Below, piece by piece: positions 31,409-40,149 of a DNA stretch of 64,000 nucleotides; position 1 is the first letter of the stretch, and every line of letters begins with the position of its first letter. Source of the stretch: Methanotrichaceae archaeon. Lineage in GTDB: Archaea > Halobacteriota > Methanosarcinia > Methanotrichales > Methanotrichaceae. The notes below the pieces were generated by a model that was not told the DNA's origin, made no database searches, and saw only the letters and a program-made list of their open reading frames with translations. Where the stretch lies: contig CAWEXU010000030.1 of the NCBI GenBank assembly GCA_963813075.1, positions 96,001 to 160,000 on the forward strand, in the 5' to 3' direction. The translations under genes were made by a program, and so were the position numbers.

Positions 31409-32869
31409 CTAAAAATCATTCTCTTCCCGGAAGGGTGAACGGCTCACATCCAGCGACTCAGAGTCCCCCCACTGGGGCGGGGAGCTGGGCCGGGGCGAGG
31501 ATATCACCATGATCCCCTCCTCCTGCCGGGCTGCAGGCTCCGACTCCTCCTCCGGCATGAGAGTTGCATACCTTGCGATCAGGTCCCCGATCTCAGCCAG
31601 CCCCAGGCTCCCTTTTCCGAAAGGAAGGATCGAAGGCATAAGGTCAATAGAGCTGGACTCCGGGCCGGGAAGAGAGTAGGGCAAGTCTCCCATGCCGTCC
31701 CGGTTCTCGTCTTTCCCCTGGTAGTCGCTATAGTAGTTTCCGACGGTGGTATTCCAGATATTGCGGCTGAGGTTCTCATAGGCATTGATGTTATTATCCT
31801 GGAAATTATTTGCAAATATGAGGTTATTCCGGTTCTCATTCATCCTTATCCCGTGCTTGTTCTCACTGGCATTGTTGGCATAGAGGGCATTGAACTGGCA
31901 GCCTTTGGAGACCTCCAGGCCGTTGTAGTTCCCCCGGGCGGTGTTTCCCACCACCAGGTTATGGCTGCTGTTCTCCTGCAGGGATAGACCGATGCCAAAT
32001 CCGGCGGTGATCTCCCCTCTGCTGTTATCGATAAGGAGGTTGTCAGTGATATTATTGTAGCTGGACCAGTTGGTCACTAAAATGCCATAGTAGTTGTGAT
32101 CAAGCCGGTTTCTCCTCACCTGATTAGAGGAGGCATTCCACAGGGACAGTCCGAAGGTACACTCAGAGATGGTGTTATCATCGAATACCCCTCCCGTCCC
32201 CTCTCTTAAGAGAATACCGACATTGGAGTTGTTTATGATGCTGCTGTTCTTGACTGCTACCTCGCTGGACCATTCCATGTCCAGGCCGTATTTTCGGCAG
32301 TTTATTATATTGCAGCCAAGGACATCGATCTTCCTTCCCCCATTGACCACCAGGCCCGTATCGCAGCTATCCAATGTGCAATTCTGCAGATTAATCCCCT
32401 CTGCATCCAGGGCATAAACCCCGGCCTGGGCTCCATAGATGCTGCTGTTGATGAGGGCAAAGCCGCTGCCTTCGACAACTATAGCCGAGTTGGGCATATC
32501 CAGGCGCTGGCCACTGGCTGCCTCCCGGTTTTCCATATAATACTCGAACTTGGAAGCGGTATCCTTTCCCACCCCGTGGATATCGAAGCCATCGATGGTA
32601 ACTCCATCGCTTTTTACCGTTACCGCCGGATTCTGCATGGTGGCCTTCAGCACCGCTCTGCCCTCGCCGATCAGGGTTAGCGGCCGGTCTACGGTTATAG
32701 AGCGGTAGGTTCCCGGGCCCACTGCTATGATATCACCCGCCCGGGCGGAGTCTATTGCTGCCTGGATGTCCTCGCCGGAGGGGATGACCTCAGCCGATCC
32801 CTGGCCGGATAAAATAATAGCGGATAATAATAGATAAAGAAGGAGCATCATCAGCCCCAGCTCCTGCAT
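31409..32869 (-). CDS. secreted NosD/CASH beta-helix protein
   Basis: Signal peptide, IQAAIDSARAGDII, Asn-rich repeats, GNYYSDY...DGMGDLPY. Confidence 0.9.
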   Translation of the reverse strand: MQELGLMMLLLYLLLSAIILSGQGSAEVIPSGEDIQAAIDSARAGDIIAVGPGTYRSITVDRPLTLIGEGRAVLKATMQNPAVTVKSDGVTIDGFDIHGVGKDTASKFEYYMENREAASGQRLDMPNSAIVVEGSGFALINSSIYGAQAGVYALDAEGINLQNCTLDSCDTGLVVNGGRKIDVLGCNIINCRKYGLDMEWSSEVAVKNSSIINNSNVGILLREGTGGVFDDNTISECTFGLSLWNASSNQVRRNRLDHNYYGILVTNWSSYNNITDNLLIDNSRGEITAGFGIGLSLQENSSHNLVVGNTARGNYNGLEVSKGCQFNALYANNASENKHGIRMNENRNNLIFANNFQDNNINAYENLSRNIWNTTVGNYYSDYQGKDENRDGMGDLPYSLPGPESSSIDLMPSILPFGKGSLGLAEIGDLIARYATLMPEEESEPAARQEEGIMVISSPRPSSPPQWGDSESLDVSRSPFREENDF

Positions 32870-32872
32870 CCT

Positions 32873-34225
32873 TTAATGTCTGAAATGGCGCATGCCTGTG
32901 AAGACCATGGCCATATCATGCTCATTGGCGGCATCTATCACCTCAGAGTCCCGGATAGATCCACCGGGATGAATCACCGCTGTCGCCCCTGCCTGGTAGG
33001 CCTGGTCCAGGCCGTCCCGGAAGGGGAAGAACGAATCTGTGGCGGCGACTGTGCCCTGTGTGGACAGGCCGTGCTCTTCCGCCTTCTCCGCTCCAAATCG
33101 GGCGGAGTCCACCCGGCTGACCTGGCCGGAACCTATGCCTATGGTCTGGCACTCAGTGGTGTAGACCAGGGCATTGGACTTAACGTACTTGGCTATCTTC
33201 CAGGCAAAGCGGAGCGCTCGGGTCTCAGAGTCTGTGGGAGCCCTTCTGGTCACCACCTTCCACTCCTTGATGTCGCCCGTATCATAATCCTGCAGCATCA
33301 TCCCCCCGAAGATGGTCTTTTGGTAATGGCCCCGGTACAGTTCCCTCTTCCTTTGCAGCAGGTCTCCTATGTCCAGGACCCGGCGGTTGGGCTTCTTCTC
33401 CGTGAGCAGCCTCAAGGCCTCGGGCTCGAAGCCAGGAGCTAAAAGGACCTCAACGAAGCTGTCGCCAATGCTTTTGGCCGTCAACACGTCCACCATTCGA
33501 TTGAAGCCTATCACCCCTCCGAAGGCGGACTTGGGGTCGGTGGCAAAAGAGAGTCTGTAGGCCTCGTCAAGGCTTGAGCCATAGGCCGCGCCGCAGGGGT
33601 TGGCGTGCTTGACGATGACGGACAGGGGCTTCTCGAAAGCCTTTCCATCGTACTCCGATAGGTCGATCAGCATCTCCAAAACCGTTTCCGCATCGACCAT
33701 ATTGTTGTAGGACATCTCCCTGCCGTTCAGCTTCCGGGCGGCGGGCAGCCCCAGGGTGTCATTACTTACATAGAGAGCGGCTCTTTGATGCCAGTTCTCC
33801 CCATAGCGCAGGTCCTGCACCTTCTCGTATGCAGTTGCCACATATCGAGGCAGTCCCTCCGCCCCGGACTGAAGGTCAGCCAGTCTCTGGGCATCCGTCT
33901 GCAGGCAACTGTAGAGCACCTGAGCCTCCATCATATCTCTCGTCTTCCGGCATAGGTCGCCCGTACTCCTGATCTCCTCCAGAACGGTGGGGCAGTTTGA
34001 GTTATACAATAGCACGGGACAGCCTTTTTCCATCGCCTGTCTGATCAGGGCCGAGCCATCCAGGGTTTTTACATATTCCGGATCGCATACTATGAGACAA
34101 TCCTCTCCATGATCTTGAGGAGAAAAGCATTTGCACATCTGCAGGCCAAGCTGCTCTAATCCCCTGGAAATGGAGCAATCAATATGGTTTTTGCCTGCCA
34201 GTACGACGACCTGTTTGATCTTCAT
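32873..34225 (-). CDS. purH: PurH-type AICAR transformylase with shortened, divergent N-terminal domain
   Basis: LRYGENWHQ, MSYNN, VKHANPCG, DPKSAFGG, KSNA, GQVSRVDS, DSFFPFRDG, PGGSIRD, TGMRHFRH. Confidence 0.9.
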   Translation of the reverse strand: MKIKQVVVLAGKNHIDCSISRGLEQLGLQMCKCFSPQDHGEDCLIVCDPEYVKTLDGSALIRQAMEKGCPVLLYNSNCPTVLEEIRSTGDLCRKTRDMMEAQVLYSCLQTDAQRLADLQSGAEGLPRYVATAYEKVQDLRYGENWHQRAALYVSNDTLGLPAARKLNGREMSYNNMVDAETVLEMLIDLSEYDGKAFEKPLSVIVKHANPCGAAYGSSLDEAYRLSFATDPKSAFGGVIGFNRMVDVLTAKSIGDSFVEVLLAPGFEPEALRLLTEKKPNRRVLDIGDLLQRKRELYRGHYQKTIFGGMMLQDYDTGDIKEWKVVTRRAPTDSETRALRFAWKIAKYVKSNALVYTTECQTIGIGSGQVSRVDSARFGAEKAEEHGLSTQGTVAATDSFFPFRDGLDQAYQAGATAVIHPGGSIRDSEVIDAANEHDMAMVFTGMRHFRH

Positions 34226-34350
34226 CGAACCTCTCCCCCTTCATCGCCGACGGTATTTTAACCTTTTCCCAATAACACTCCACCGGCCCAGTCCTTCCAC
34301 CAGGGCAAGAATATCGATAATATTTAAGCTCCAAGGGCAAGATAAAGCGC

Positions 34351-34680
34351 ATGGACTATGCAGATGCCCTCGATTCCCATCCCTCCGGATGCATCATCCG
34401 CTTTGAGGTGGTGCCCGACTCCTCCCGGCTGGCCGTTCCCTCGGGATTCAACCCCTGGCGGAGGTCTTTGGAGGCCAGGCTGACGGAAGAGCCCACTCGA
34501 GGCCGGGCCAACCGCCAGCTGGTCGAGGAGCTGGCCAGAACATTGGGCGTGCCTGAGTCCGGAATCCAGGTGATGAAGGGGGAGAAGAGCGGGCGAAAGC
34601 TTCTGCTGGTGAAGGGGATTAAAAAGGATGTGGCCGTCTCCATTCTCGGGAAGGTGCTGGAGGAGCAGAGGGAAAAGTGA
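34351..34680 (+). CDS. DUF167/YggU-family protein
   Basis: VVPDS...EEPTRGRANRQL...GEKSGRK pattern. Confidence 0.85.
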   Translation: MDYADALDSHPSGCIIRFEVVPDSSRLAVPSGFNPWRRSLEARLTEEPTRGRANRQLVEELARTLGVPESGIQVMKGEKSGRKLLLVKGIKKDVAVSILGKVLEEQREK

Positions 34681-35114
34681 ACAGGCAAAGGGCAAGAGAG
34701 ATGCAGGAGAGCAGAGAGAAGGGGACCTACGATCTGGAGGCCTTGGAAGAGCTCTTGGCGGCCCTCATCGAGGCATCCGGCCAGGGAGCAGCGACCATCG
34801 TTGAGGGAAGGCGGGATGAACTGGCTCTGCGCGCTCTGGGTCTTGTCGGGCCGGTGATCATGGCCTCGCGCCGATCGGCCCTTGAGCTGGCGGAGGATGC
34901 CGCCCGGAGCTACCGAGAGATCATCATCCTCACCGACTGGGACCGCAAAGGGGATGAGATGGCCAGGATCATCGAGCAGCACCTGCGGTCGGTGGGTTCC
35001 CGTCCCGACGGGGAGATTCGCTCTCGCATAAAAAAGCTGGTCCGAAAGGAGATTAAGGACGTGGAGAGCCTGAATCACTATATGGAGAGGATGAGGTATC
35101 TATATGGCCCCTAG
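34677..35114 (+). CDS. small TOPRIM-domain protein
   Basis: IVEGRRD, IILTDWDRKG, IKDVE. Confidence 0.9.
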   Translation: MNRQRAREMQESREKGTYDLEALEELLAALIEASGQGAATIVEGRRDELALRALGLVGPVIMASRRSALELAEDAARSYREIIILTDWDRKGDEMARIIEQHLRSVGSRPDGEIRSRIKKLVRKEIKDVESLNHYMERMRYLYGP

Positions 35115-35613
35115 GATTGCGGTAACCGGCAGCCCAGGCATCGGCAAATCTACTCTGGTAGCAAAGGTGGCATCCAGGACAAAATTGAGCGTGGGCGGGG
35201 TTCTGGCCAGAGACAGGCGCTACAAAGACCGGCGCACTGGCTTTGAGCTGTTGGACCTTTCCACAGGAATGGTGGGGATACTGGCAGATGAGGCCGGGGA
35301 CGGGCCTCAACTGGGAAAGTACCGGGTCCATCTGGATGACCTGGAGCGAATAGGAGCGCAGGCAGTGGAAAACGCATTGAGCTGCGATCTGATCGTGGTG
35401 GACGAGATCGGTCCCATGGAGCTTTCCAGCCACAGCTTCGTACTTGCGGTGGAGAAGGCCATCGCCTCGCCCAAGCCCATGCTGGTGGTGCTGCATGAAT
35501 GGTCCAACCACCGCCTGGCCAAGAAGATCAGAGGATCCTTTCGGGTGGTGACAGTAACCAGGGAGAACAGGGATTCTCTGGTCGAAGAGATCGCCCAGGC
35601 CTTGAAGAACTGA
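35104..35613 (+). CDS. THEP1-like NTPase
   Basis: TGSPGIGKST, RTGF, GKYRV, VVDEIGPMEL. Confidence 0.93.
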   Translation: MAPRIAVTGSPGIGKSTLVAKVASRTKLSVGGVLARDRRYKDRRTGFELLDLSTGMVGILADEAGDGPQLGKYRVHLDDLERIGAQAVENALSCDLIVVDEIGPMELSSHSFVLAVEKAIASPKPMLVVLHEWSNHRLAKKIRGSFRVVTVTRENRDSLVEEIAQALKN

Positions 35614-35636
35614 TCCCGAGAGAAGATGATACTGGC

Positions 35637-36362
35637 TCAATTCAATCCCAGATCGAGGGCGATTCTAGCGGCCTCTTCTGCCTCCCGGTCGCGATGCAAT
35701 GACCGGAAGGCAACGGCCAGATTCTTCCAGGCGACTGCATACTGATTGTCGACCTGGATCGCCTTTTGGAAGCACACCACTGCCTCCTCCTGCCGCCCCA
35801 GAGCGGAGAGGGCCACCCCTTTGTTATTCCAGGGATACAGGTCGAAGGGATCGATCATTATCGCCTCCTCGTAGCTCTCTATGGCCTCCTCATGCCGGCC
35901 CAGGTTATCCAATGCCGCCCCCCGGTTGTTCCAGGCCCTCCTCCCGTCCGGTCCCAGGGGATTCAGCTCAATAGCGCGGGCATAGCTTTCCACTGCCTCC
36001 CCATACCGGCCGAGGAGGTGCAGGGCAAAGCCCTTCACAATCCAGGTCCGGGAGTTGTTGGGGTCGATGGCCAGGGCCTTCTGGCAGGATTTGAGGGCAT
36101 CCGCCCCCCGATCCAGCTGGTTGGAAGCCACAGCATGGTTTCTCCAGGCATCCGCGCTCTTTGGATTCAGGGAAAGGGCCTTGTCCAGGGCGATGAGGGC
36201 CTCTTCATACCGGCCGATCTTGCGCAGAGCCACCCCTTTCCGGTAATAGTGCTCAAAGCTCTCCGATTGCTCGTTTTCCCATCGCTCCCAGGCAGCAACT
36301 GCGCCCTCATAGTCTCCCAGGTGGTAGAGGCTATCCCCGCTTAAGCTGTCATCTTCCGACAT
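35637..36362 (-). CDS. tetratricopeptide-repeat protein
   Basis: About six TPR units (WxNKGxALxxLGRxEEAxxxYxxA). Confidence 0.92.
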   Translation of the reverse strand: MSEDDSLSGDSLYHLGDYEGAVAAWERWENEQSESFEHYYRKGVALRKIGRYEEALIALDKALSLNPKSADAWRNHAVASNQLDRGADALKSCQKALAIDPNNSRTWIVKGFALHLLGRYGEAVESYARAIELNPLGPDGRRAWNNRGAALDNLGRHEEAIESYEEAIMIDPFDLYPWNNKGVALSALGRQEEAVVCFQKAIQVDNQYAVAWKNLAVAFRSLHRDREAEEAARIALDLGLN

Positions 36363-36517
36363 AACACCGCCTGACCTGTTCCATGATAATAAACAATTCC
36401 CAGATTCGAATTAGTAAGTTATATATATTATAAATATTACTAAAGTATTAGCAAATGTAAGGGAGTGGAACGGAGGGAGGTCCGACGAATTCGCAGCGAT
36501 CTGAGATACGGGGCAGA

Positions 36518-36790
36518 ATGATGAATTTCCTCGATCTGGACAGCGACGGTCTCAGGAGGGTGGTTCTTGAGTCCATGGTCCAGTCTCAGGAGTTCACCGT
36601 TTTATCTCTGCATGAAGAGGTATGTAAGGAGGTCAATGTCTCCAGAAAGGTGGTGGCCTCCATGACCGGTTATATCAGTTCCCGCCTGGGGATATTGCAT
36701 GTCAATAAGAAGTCGTATCGGGCACCCAGGACCTATGCCCTGAGGGACGAATATGCAGATATAGCCAGAGCGGTATTGGCTAGCTCATGA
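36518..36790 (+). CDS. DUF2551-like winged-helix protein
   Basis: LDSDGLRRVVL...FTV...VASMTGYISSRLGIL. Confidence 0.7.
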   Translation: MMNFLDLDSDGLRRVVLESMVQSQEFTVLSLHEEVCKEVNVSRKVVASMTGYISSRLGILHVNKKSYRAPRTYALRDEYADIARAVLASS

Positions 36791-37188
36791 CCCATGTGCT
36801 CAAGGCCCCAAGGACGGCCACCACCTTGAAGGTCCGCTCCAAATCGGAGTACGCAATCAGCCATTCGAGAGATCCATATCATGAGCTCATGCTGCGCCTT
36901 TTCCAGGAGGAGACAACGGCGGAGAGGGGACGGCGGTTTCTTTCCATGGTGGAGGAGAGGCAGAAAAGCGGCGATCCGTTGAGAACCAGAGAATGGAAAG
37001 AGCTCTTGGTCGAACTCGACGTGAGCCGATCTGCCTTTTATGCCATGAGAAACAAGCTGCTTGGTGCAGGCATGATCAGCAACAAGGGTGGGGAGTACAG
37101 GCTCTCGGGCATGTTCAGCCGGGATTTGATGGATATGGCCCGATGGTGGTGGACTGCGGTTCTGGCCAATAATCTGGAGAATTTATAA
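36787..37188 (+). CDS. conserved hypothetical winged-helix protein
   Basis: ATGA overlap with the upstream gene; SRSAFYAMRNKLLGAGMI HTH-like segment. Confidence 0.7.
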   Translation: MTHVLKAPRTATTLKVRSKSEYAISHSRDPYHELMLRLFQEETTAERGRRFLSMVEERQKSGDPLRTREWKELLVELDVSRSAFYAMRNKLLGAGMISNKGGEYRLSGMFSRDLMDMARWWWTAVLANNLENL

Positions 37189-37255
37189 TGGACCGTCCAG
37201 GAAATGGACTGTCCTGGTCCGAAAAATCCTGCTCAATAAAATTCCAGGGCAGGTC

Positions 37256-37753
37256 TCATATGCAGTCTTTTAAATCCTTGATCTGCCTTTCTATGGCCTC
37301 TACCACTTTGGCATTCTCCATGTACTCCAGGCTCCCCTGGCAGAAGGGACAGACGAAGTTGGCATCGCTCGCCTCGTCGAATATGAACCTGGCACAGCCC
37401 TCTGTGCAGGCATAAAAGATATTCTCCTTCTCATAGACCAGCCTCTCATCCAGCTTTCTCAGTAGCCTCTTAGCCTCAGACTCCAGCGCTTTATCGAAGT
37501 TCTCCGGACACAGCTGCCACAGGTATGTGAGCCAGCCGGAATCCGGATCACGCTTCCGCCTGTATATGGCCAGCCGGTGCTCATACAGGAGATAAAGAGT
37601 GCGCCTCACTGTGTTAAGGCTGATTCCAGTAAGCTCGGCCAGCCGCTCATCAGTTATCTCTTCTCCCGGAATGCATTCCACAATTCTAAGACCCTCATCA
37701 CCAACAAGCTTGTTTAGATAAGCCCTGTGAATAACCTCTTCAATGACCGCCAA
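37256..37753 (-). CDS. tfe: transcription factor E (TFE alpha)
   Basis: ITDERLAELTGISLNTVRRTLYLLYE, SGWLTYLW, zinc ribbon CTEGC...CPFC; TTG start inferred. Confidence 0.93.
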   Translation of the reverse strand: MAVIEEVIHRAYLNKLVGDEGLRIVECIPGEEITDERLAELTGISLNTVRRTLYLLYEHRLAIYRRKRDPDSGWLTYLWQLCPENFDKALESEAKRLLRKLDERLVYEKENIFYACTEGCARFIFDEASDANFVCPFCQGSLEYMENAKVVEAIERQIKDLKDCI

Positions 37754-38103
37754 TGAACCACTACCATGATACGAACTCTCTGCTATAGGATTATTGCCGA
37801 CCCCTAAAGCCGCATCAGGCCCGACTTTCAACTCTCTTGAATACGGCTGTTCGAATTGATTTTTCTCTTGTTCTTGCATATATCTCCCCGGACAAATGGA
37901 ACACATTGGCCCCTGATTGATTTCATTATTATAGGGTCCTTCTTCTATATAGCCCCATCGTGAAGATGTTTTTTGTATAGTCTGGGGGATTAAAGAGAAA
38001 ACCACAGGACACACAGTACCTTTTTGTGATAAATCATTTGGGAATTTGTGTTGATGAGAACCGGCAGAAACAAGTTAAAAAAATAAAAAAACAATATCCG
38101 CCA

Positions 38104-38493
38104 TCAAACCGTGCCCGCATCACTGAATAGAGACTTCAGCTTCTGGATGGACTGCAATGCCTGATTGGCCTCATTCAGCTTCTCTTGCTCATAGAAATGC
38201 AGGATCTCATCGATGGGCGTCTTGAGGCGGTAGACCTTCATCGGCCTCCCGGTCCCGTCGCTCCTGGAGATCTTCTCTTCGATCCAGTTATTCTTGCGCA
38301 GGGTACGAAGAGCAATGCTCACCTCCGGCTGGCGAAGATCTGAACCCCGCTCGATCTCCCGTGAGGTGGCCTCAGTTCCCCCGGCCAGGAATGCGATCAT
38401 GTTGGAGACCTTCCTTGGCACCCCCAGGCTTTTCAAAGTCTCCACAACCTCGATATCTTTCTCATCAAATCTCATCACAAACGATTCTTTCAT
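38104..38493 (-). CDS. winged-helix transcriptional regulator (methanogen family)
   Basis: TSREIERGSDLRQPEVSIAL, GRPMKVYRL; GGAGG RBS. Confidence 0.88.
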   Translation of the reverse strand: MKESFVMRFDEKDIEVVETLKSLGVPRKVSNMIAFLAGGTEATSREIERGSDLRQPEVSIALRTLRKNNWIEEKISRSDGTGRPMKVYRLKTPIDEILHFYEQEKLNEANQALQSIQKLKSLFSDAGTV

Positions 38494-38658
38494 TGCTATC
38501 TCCTCCATTATTTTTTTCCCTTGTAATAATTGAAAGTGCTTATGATATAAATAGTTTATTAATGTCAATAAATTTCTACTATTATTATTACATGCAGTAA
38601 ACGCTATACAGATAAATAACTTTGTAAAAATTTGCTGTAAATTATGCTAATCGGTTGA

Positions 38659-38790
38659 GGAAAGCGAATTTGATCGCTTCCAGGGTCCGGCAAAGAGCCT
38701 GCTGGATGATGCAGATGTAGAGAGGCAGAACCCGGGGACCGGATGAAGGGATCTCAGTCTGGCATCATCCGGATCTATTCCGGGCCCTTC
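38659..38790 (+). ncRNA. candidate structured small RNA
   Basis: Stems 38659-67/38674-81, 38682-90/38780-88 and 38702-12/38762-72, with G-U pairs on the + strand. Confidence 0.45.
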
Positions 38791-40101
38791 TCAGCCCCTC
38801 CTTATCCTCTGCACAAACCTCTTTTTCTTCTCCACCGCATCTCTGGCCGCCATATCCACTTTCCCGGTCATCTCCGCCACATCCCGCACCGCCTCCTGGC
38901 CGATCGCCTTTTTGATGGGGGTGTAAGCCGCCTCGCGGAAGCGTGGGGAGAAGTCAACAAGCTTTCCATCGACATCAAGATACGCACCCTCGCCTTTCTC
39001 GACTCTGCCGATCTCGTCAATCTCCACCCCAGCACCCCGAATAGCCCTGGAGATGGCAGCCGCTTCCTCCGGCGGGGCGATGATGAGCAGGGCATCGATA
39101 GACACCCCGAGATAGTCGATCTCAAGATCATTGAGCATCTCCAGCACCCGATGGTTGACAAGCCTGCCCATCCTCTCCTCCTCGAAGATCAGCTTCACCC
39201 CGGCGGTATAGGAGATCTCCTTGGCGTCGCCGCGAATGCCGCCGTTGGTGACATCGGTCATGGCATGGATCTTGACATCCTCTTTGAGCAGAGCCTCGCT
39301 CGCCTCCAGGAACTTGATGTTTATAGTTTCATCCACCACTTCATGCCGGTCATAGTACAGGGCGGCAGAGCAGATCGTGCCCCCTCCTGCCCCCTCGGTC
39401 ATCATGATCACGTCTCCTGGCCGGGCGCTCTTTCTGGCGGTGAGCTTACTCGAGACCCCCACCGCACCCACGCATCCGGTCAGCCGGTCTCCGATCACCA
39501 TATCCCCGCCGATGCGCAGGGTGCTGCCGGTGATCAGGGGAACGCCGATCAGTTCTGAGACGGTGGCGATGCCGGCGATATGGTCGAAGAGCTTGGAGAC
39601 GTCCCCGTCATCGGCCAGATGAACATCCGATAGCAGGGCAACCGGCTTTGCACCCATGACATAGACATCGCGCAGTGCCGCTCGGGTTACATGGAATCCG
39701 GCCAAAAATGGGTAGTCGCTCAGCCGGGAGTGCATGCCGTCCACGGTCACAGTGATGTACTTGCCACCGGCCTGGACCACTCCTGAGTCGTCCAGCTGGC
39801 GGGAGTCGACCACCGCTTCTGTGCGGCCGATGACCTCGGCGATCTTGGTGTGGGTATAAAAGTCGCCGGAGCCGCGCGATCCCACCCCAAAGTCCCCCAT
39901 GCTCACCCCCACATTGTTCAGCTGGAAAACCTCTCCCCTGGGATCGAGGGTCGCTTCGGCCTCCATTAAGACCGCTTCCGCCAAAATAGTGGCCCGATCC
40001 GCGGGAATCTCCTTTACCTCTCTGATCAGATCGACGAGCTTGGACTTTATCTCGGAGTCCCGTCTCCTCAGGCCTCGCTTGGCAAATCCTTCCAGATCCA
40101 T
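38791..40101 (-). CDS. AIR-synthase-related (PurM/HypE/ThiL fold) conserved methanogen protein
   Basis: GVGSRGSGDF, VDGMHSRL, RDVYVMGA, HAMTDVTNGG. Confidence 0.85.
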   Translation of the reverse strand: MDLEGFAKRGLRRRDSEIKSKLVDLIREVKEIPADRATILAEAVLMEAEATLDPRGEVFQLNNVGVSMGDFGVGSRGSGDFYTHTKIAEVIGRTEAVVDSRQLDDSGVVQAGGKYITVTVDGMHSRLSDYPFLAGFHVTRAALRDVYVMGAKPVALLSDVHLADDGDVSKLFDHIAGIATVSELIGVPLITGSTLRIGGDMVIGDRLTGCVGAVGVSSKLTARKSARPGDVIMMTEGAGGGTICSAALYYDRHEVVDETINIKFLEASEALLKEDVKIHAMTDVTNGGIRGDAKEISYTAGVKLIFEEERMGRLVNHRVLEMLNDLEIDYLGVSIDALLIIAPPEEAAAISRAIRGAGVEIDEIGRVEKGEGAYLDVDGKLVDFSPRFREAAYTPIKKAIGQEAVRDVAEMTGKVDMAARDAVEKKKRFVQRIRRG

Positions 40102-40149
40102 AAGAGGTCAATTAACCTCCCCATAGATATTATCATCTCCTGCGCATGA

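Noticed and set aside
37190..37221. Inverted repeat CCAGGA/TCCTGG between convergent genes
   Set aside because: Short, and adequately explained as a terminator-type hairpin
37754..38014. 87-aa N-terminal extension of TFE in the ORF track
   Set aside because: TFE similarity begins near TTG 37753; the upstream region is AT-rich and promoter-like
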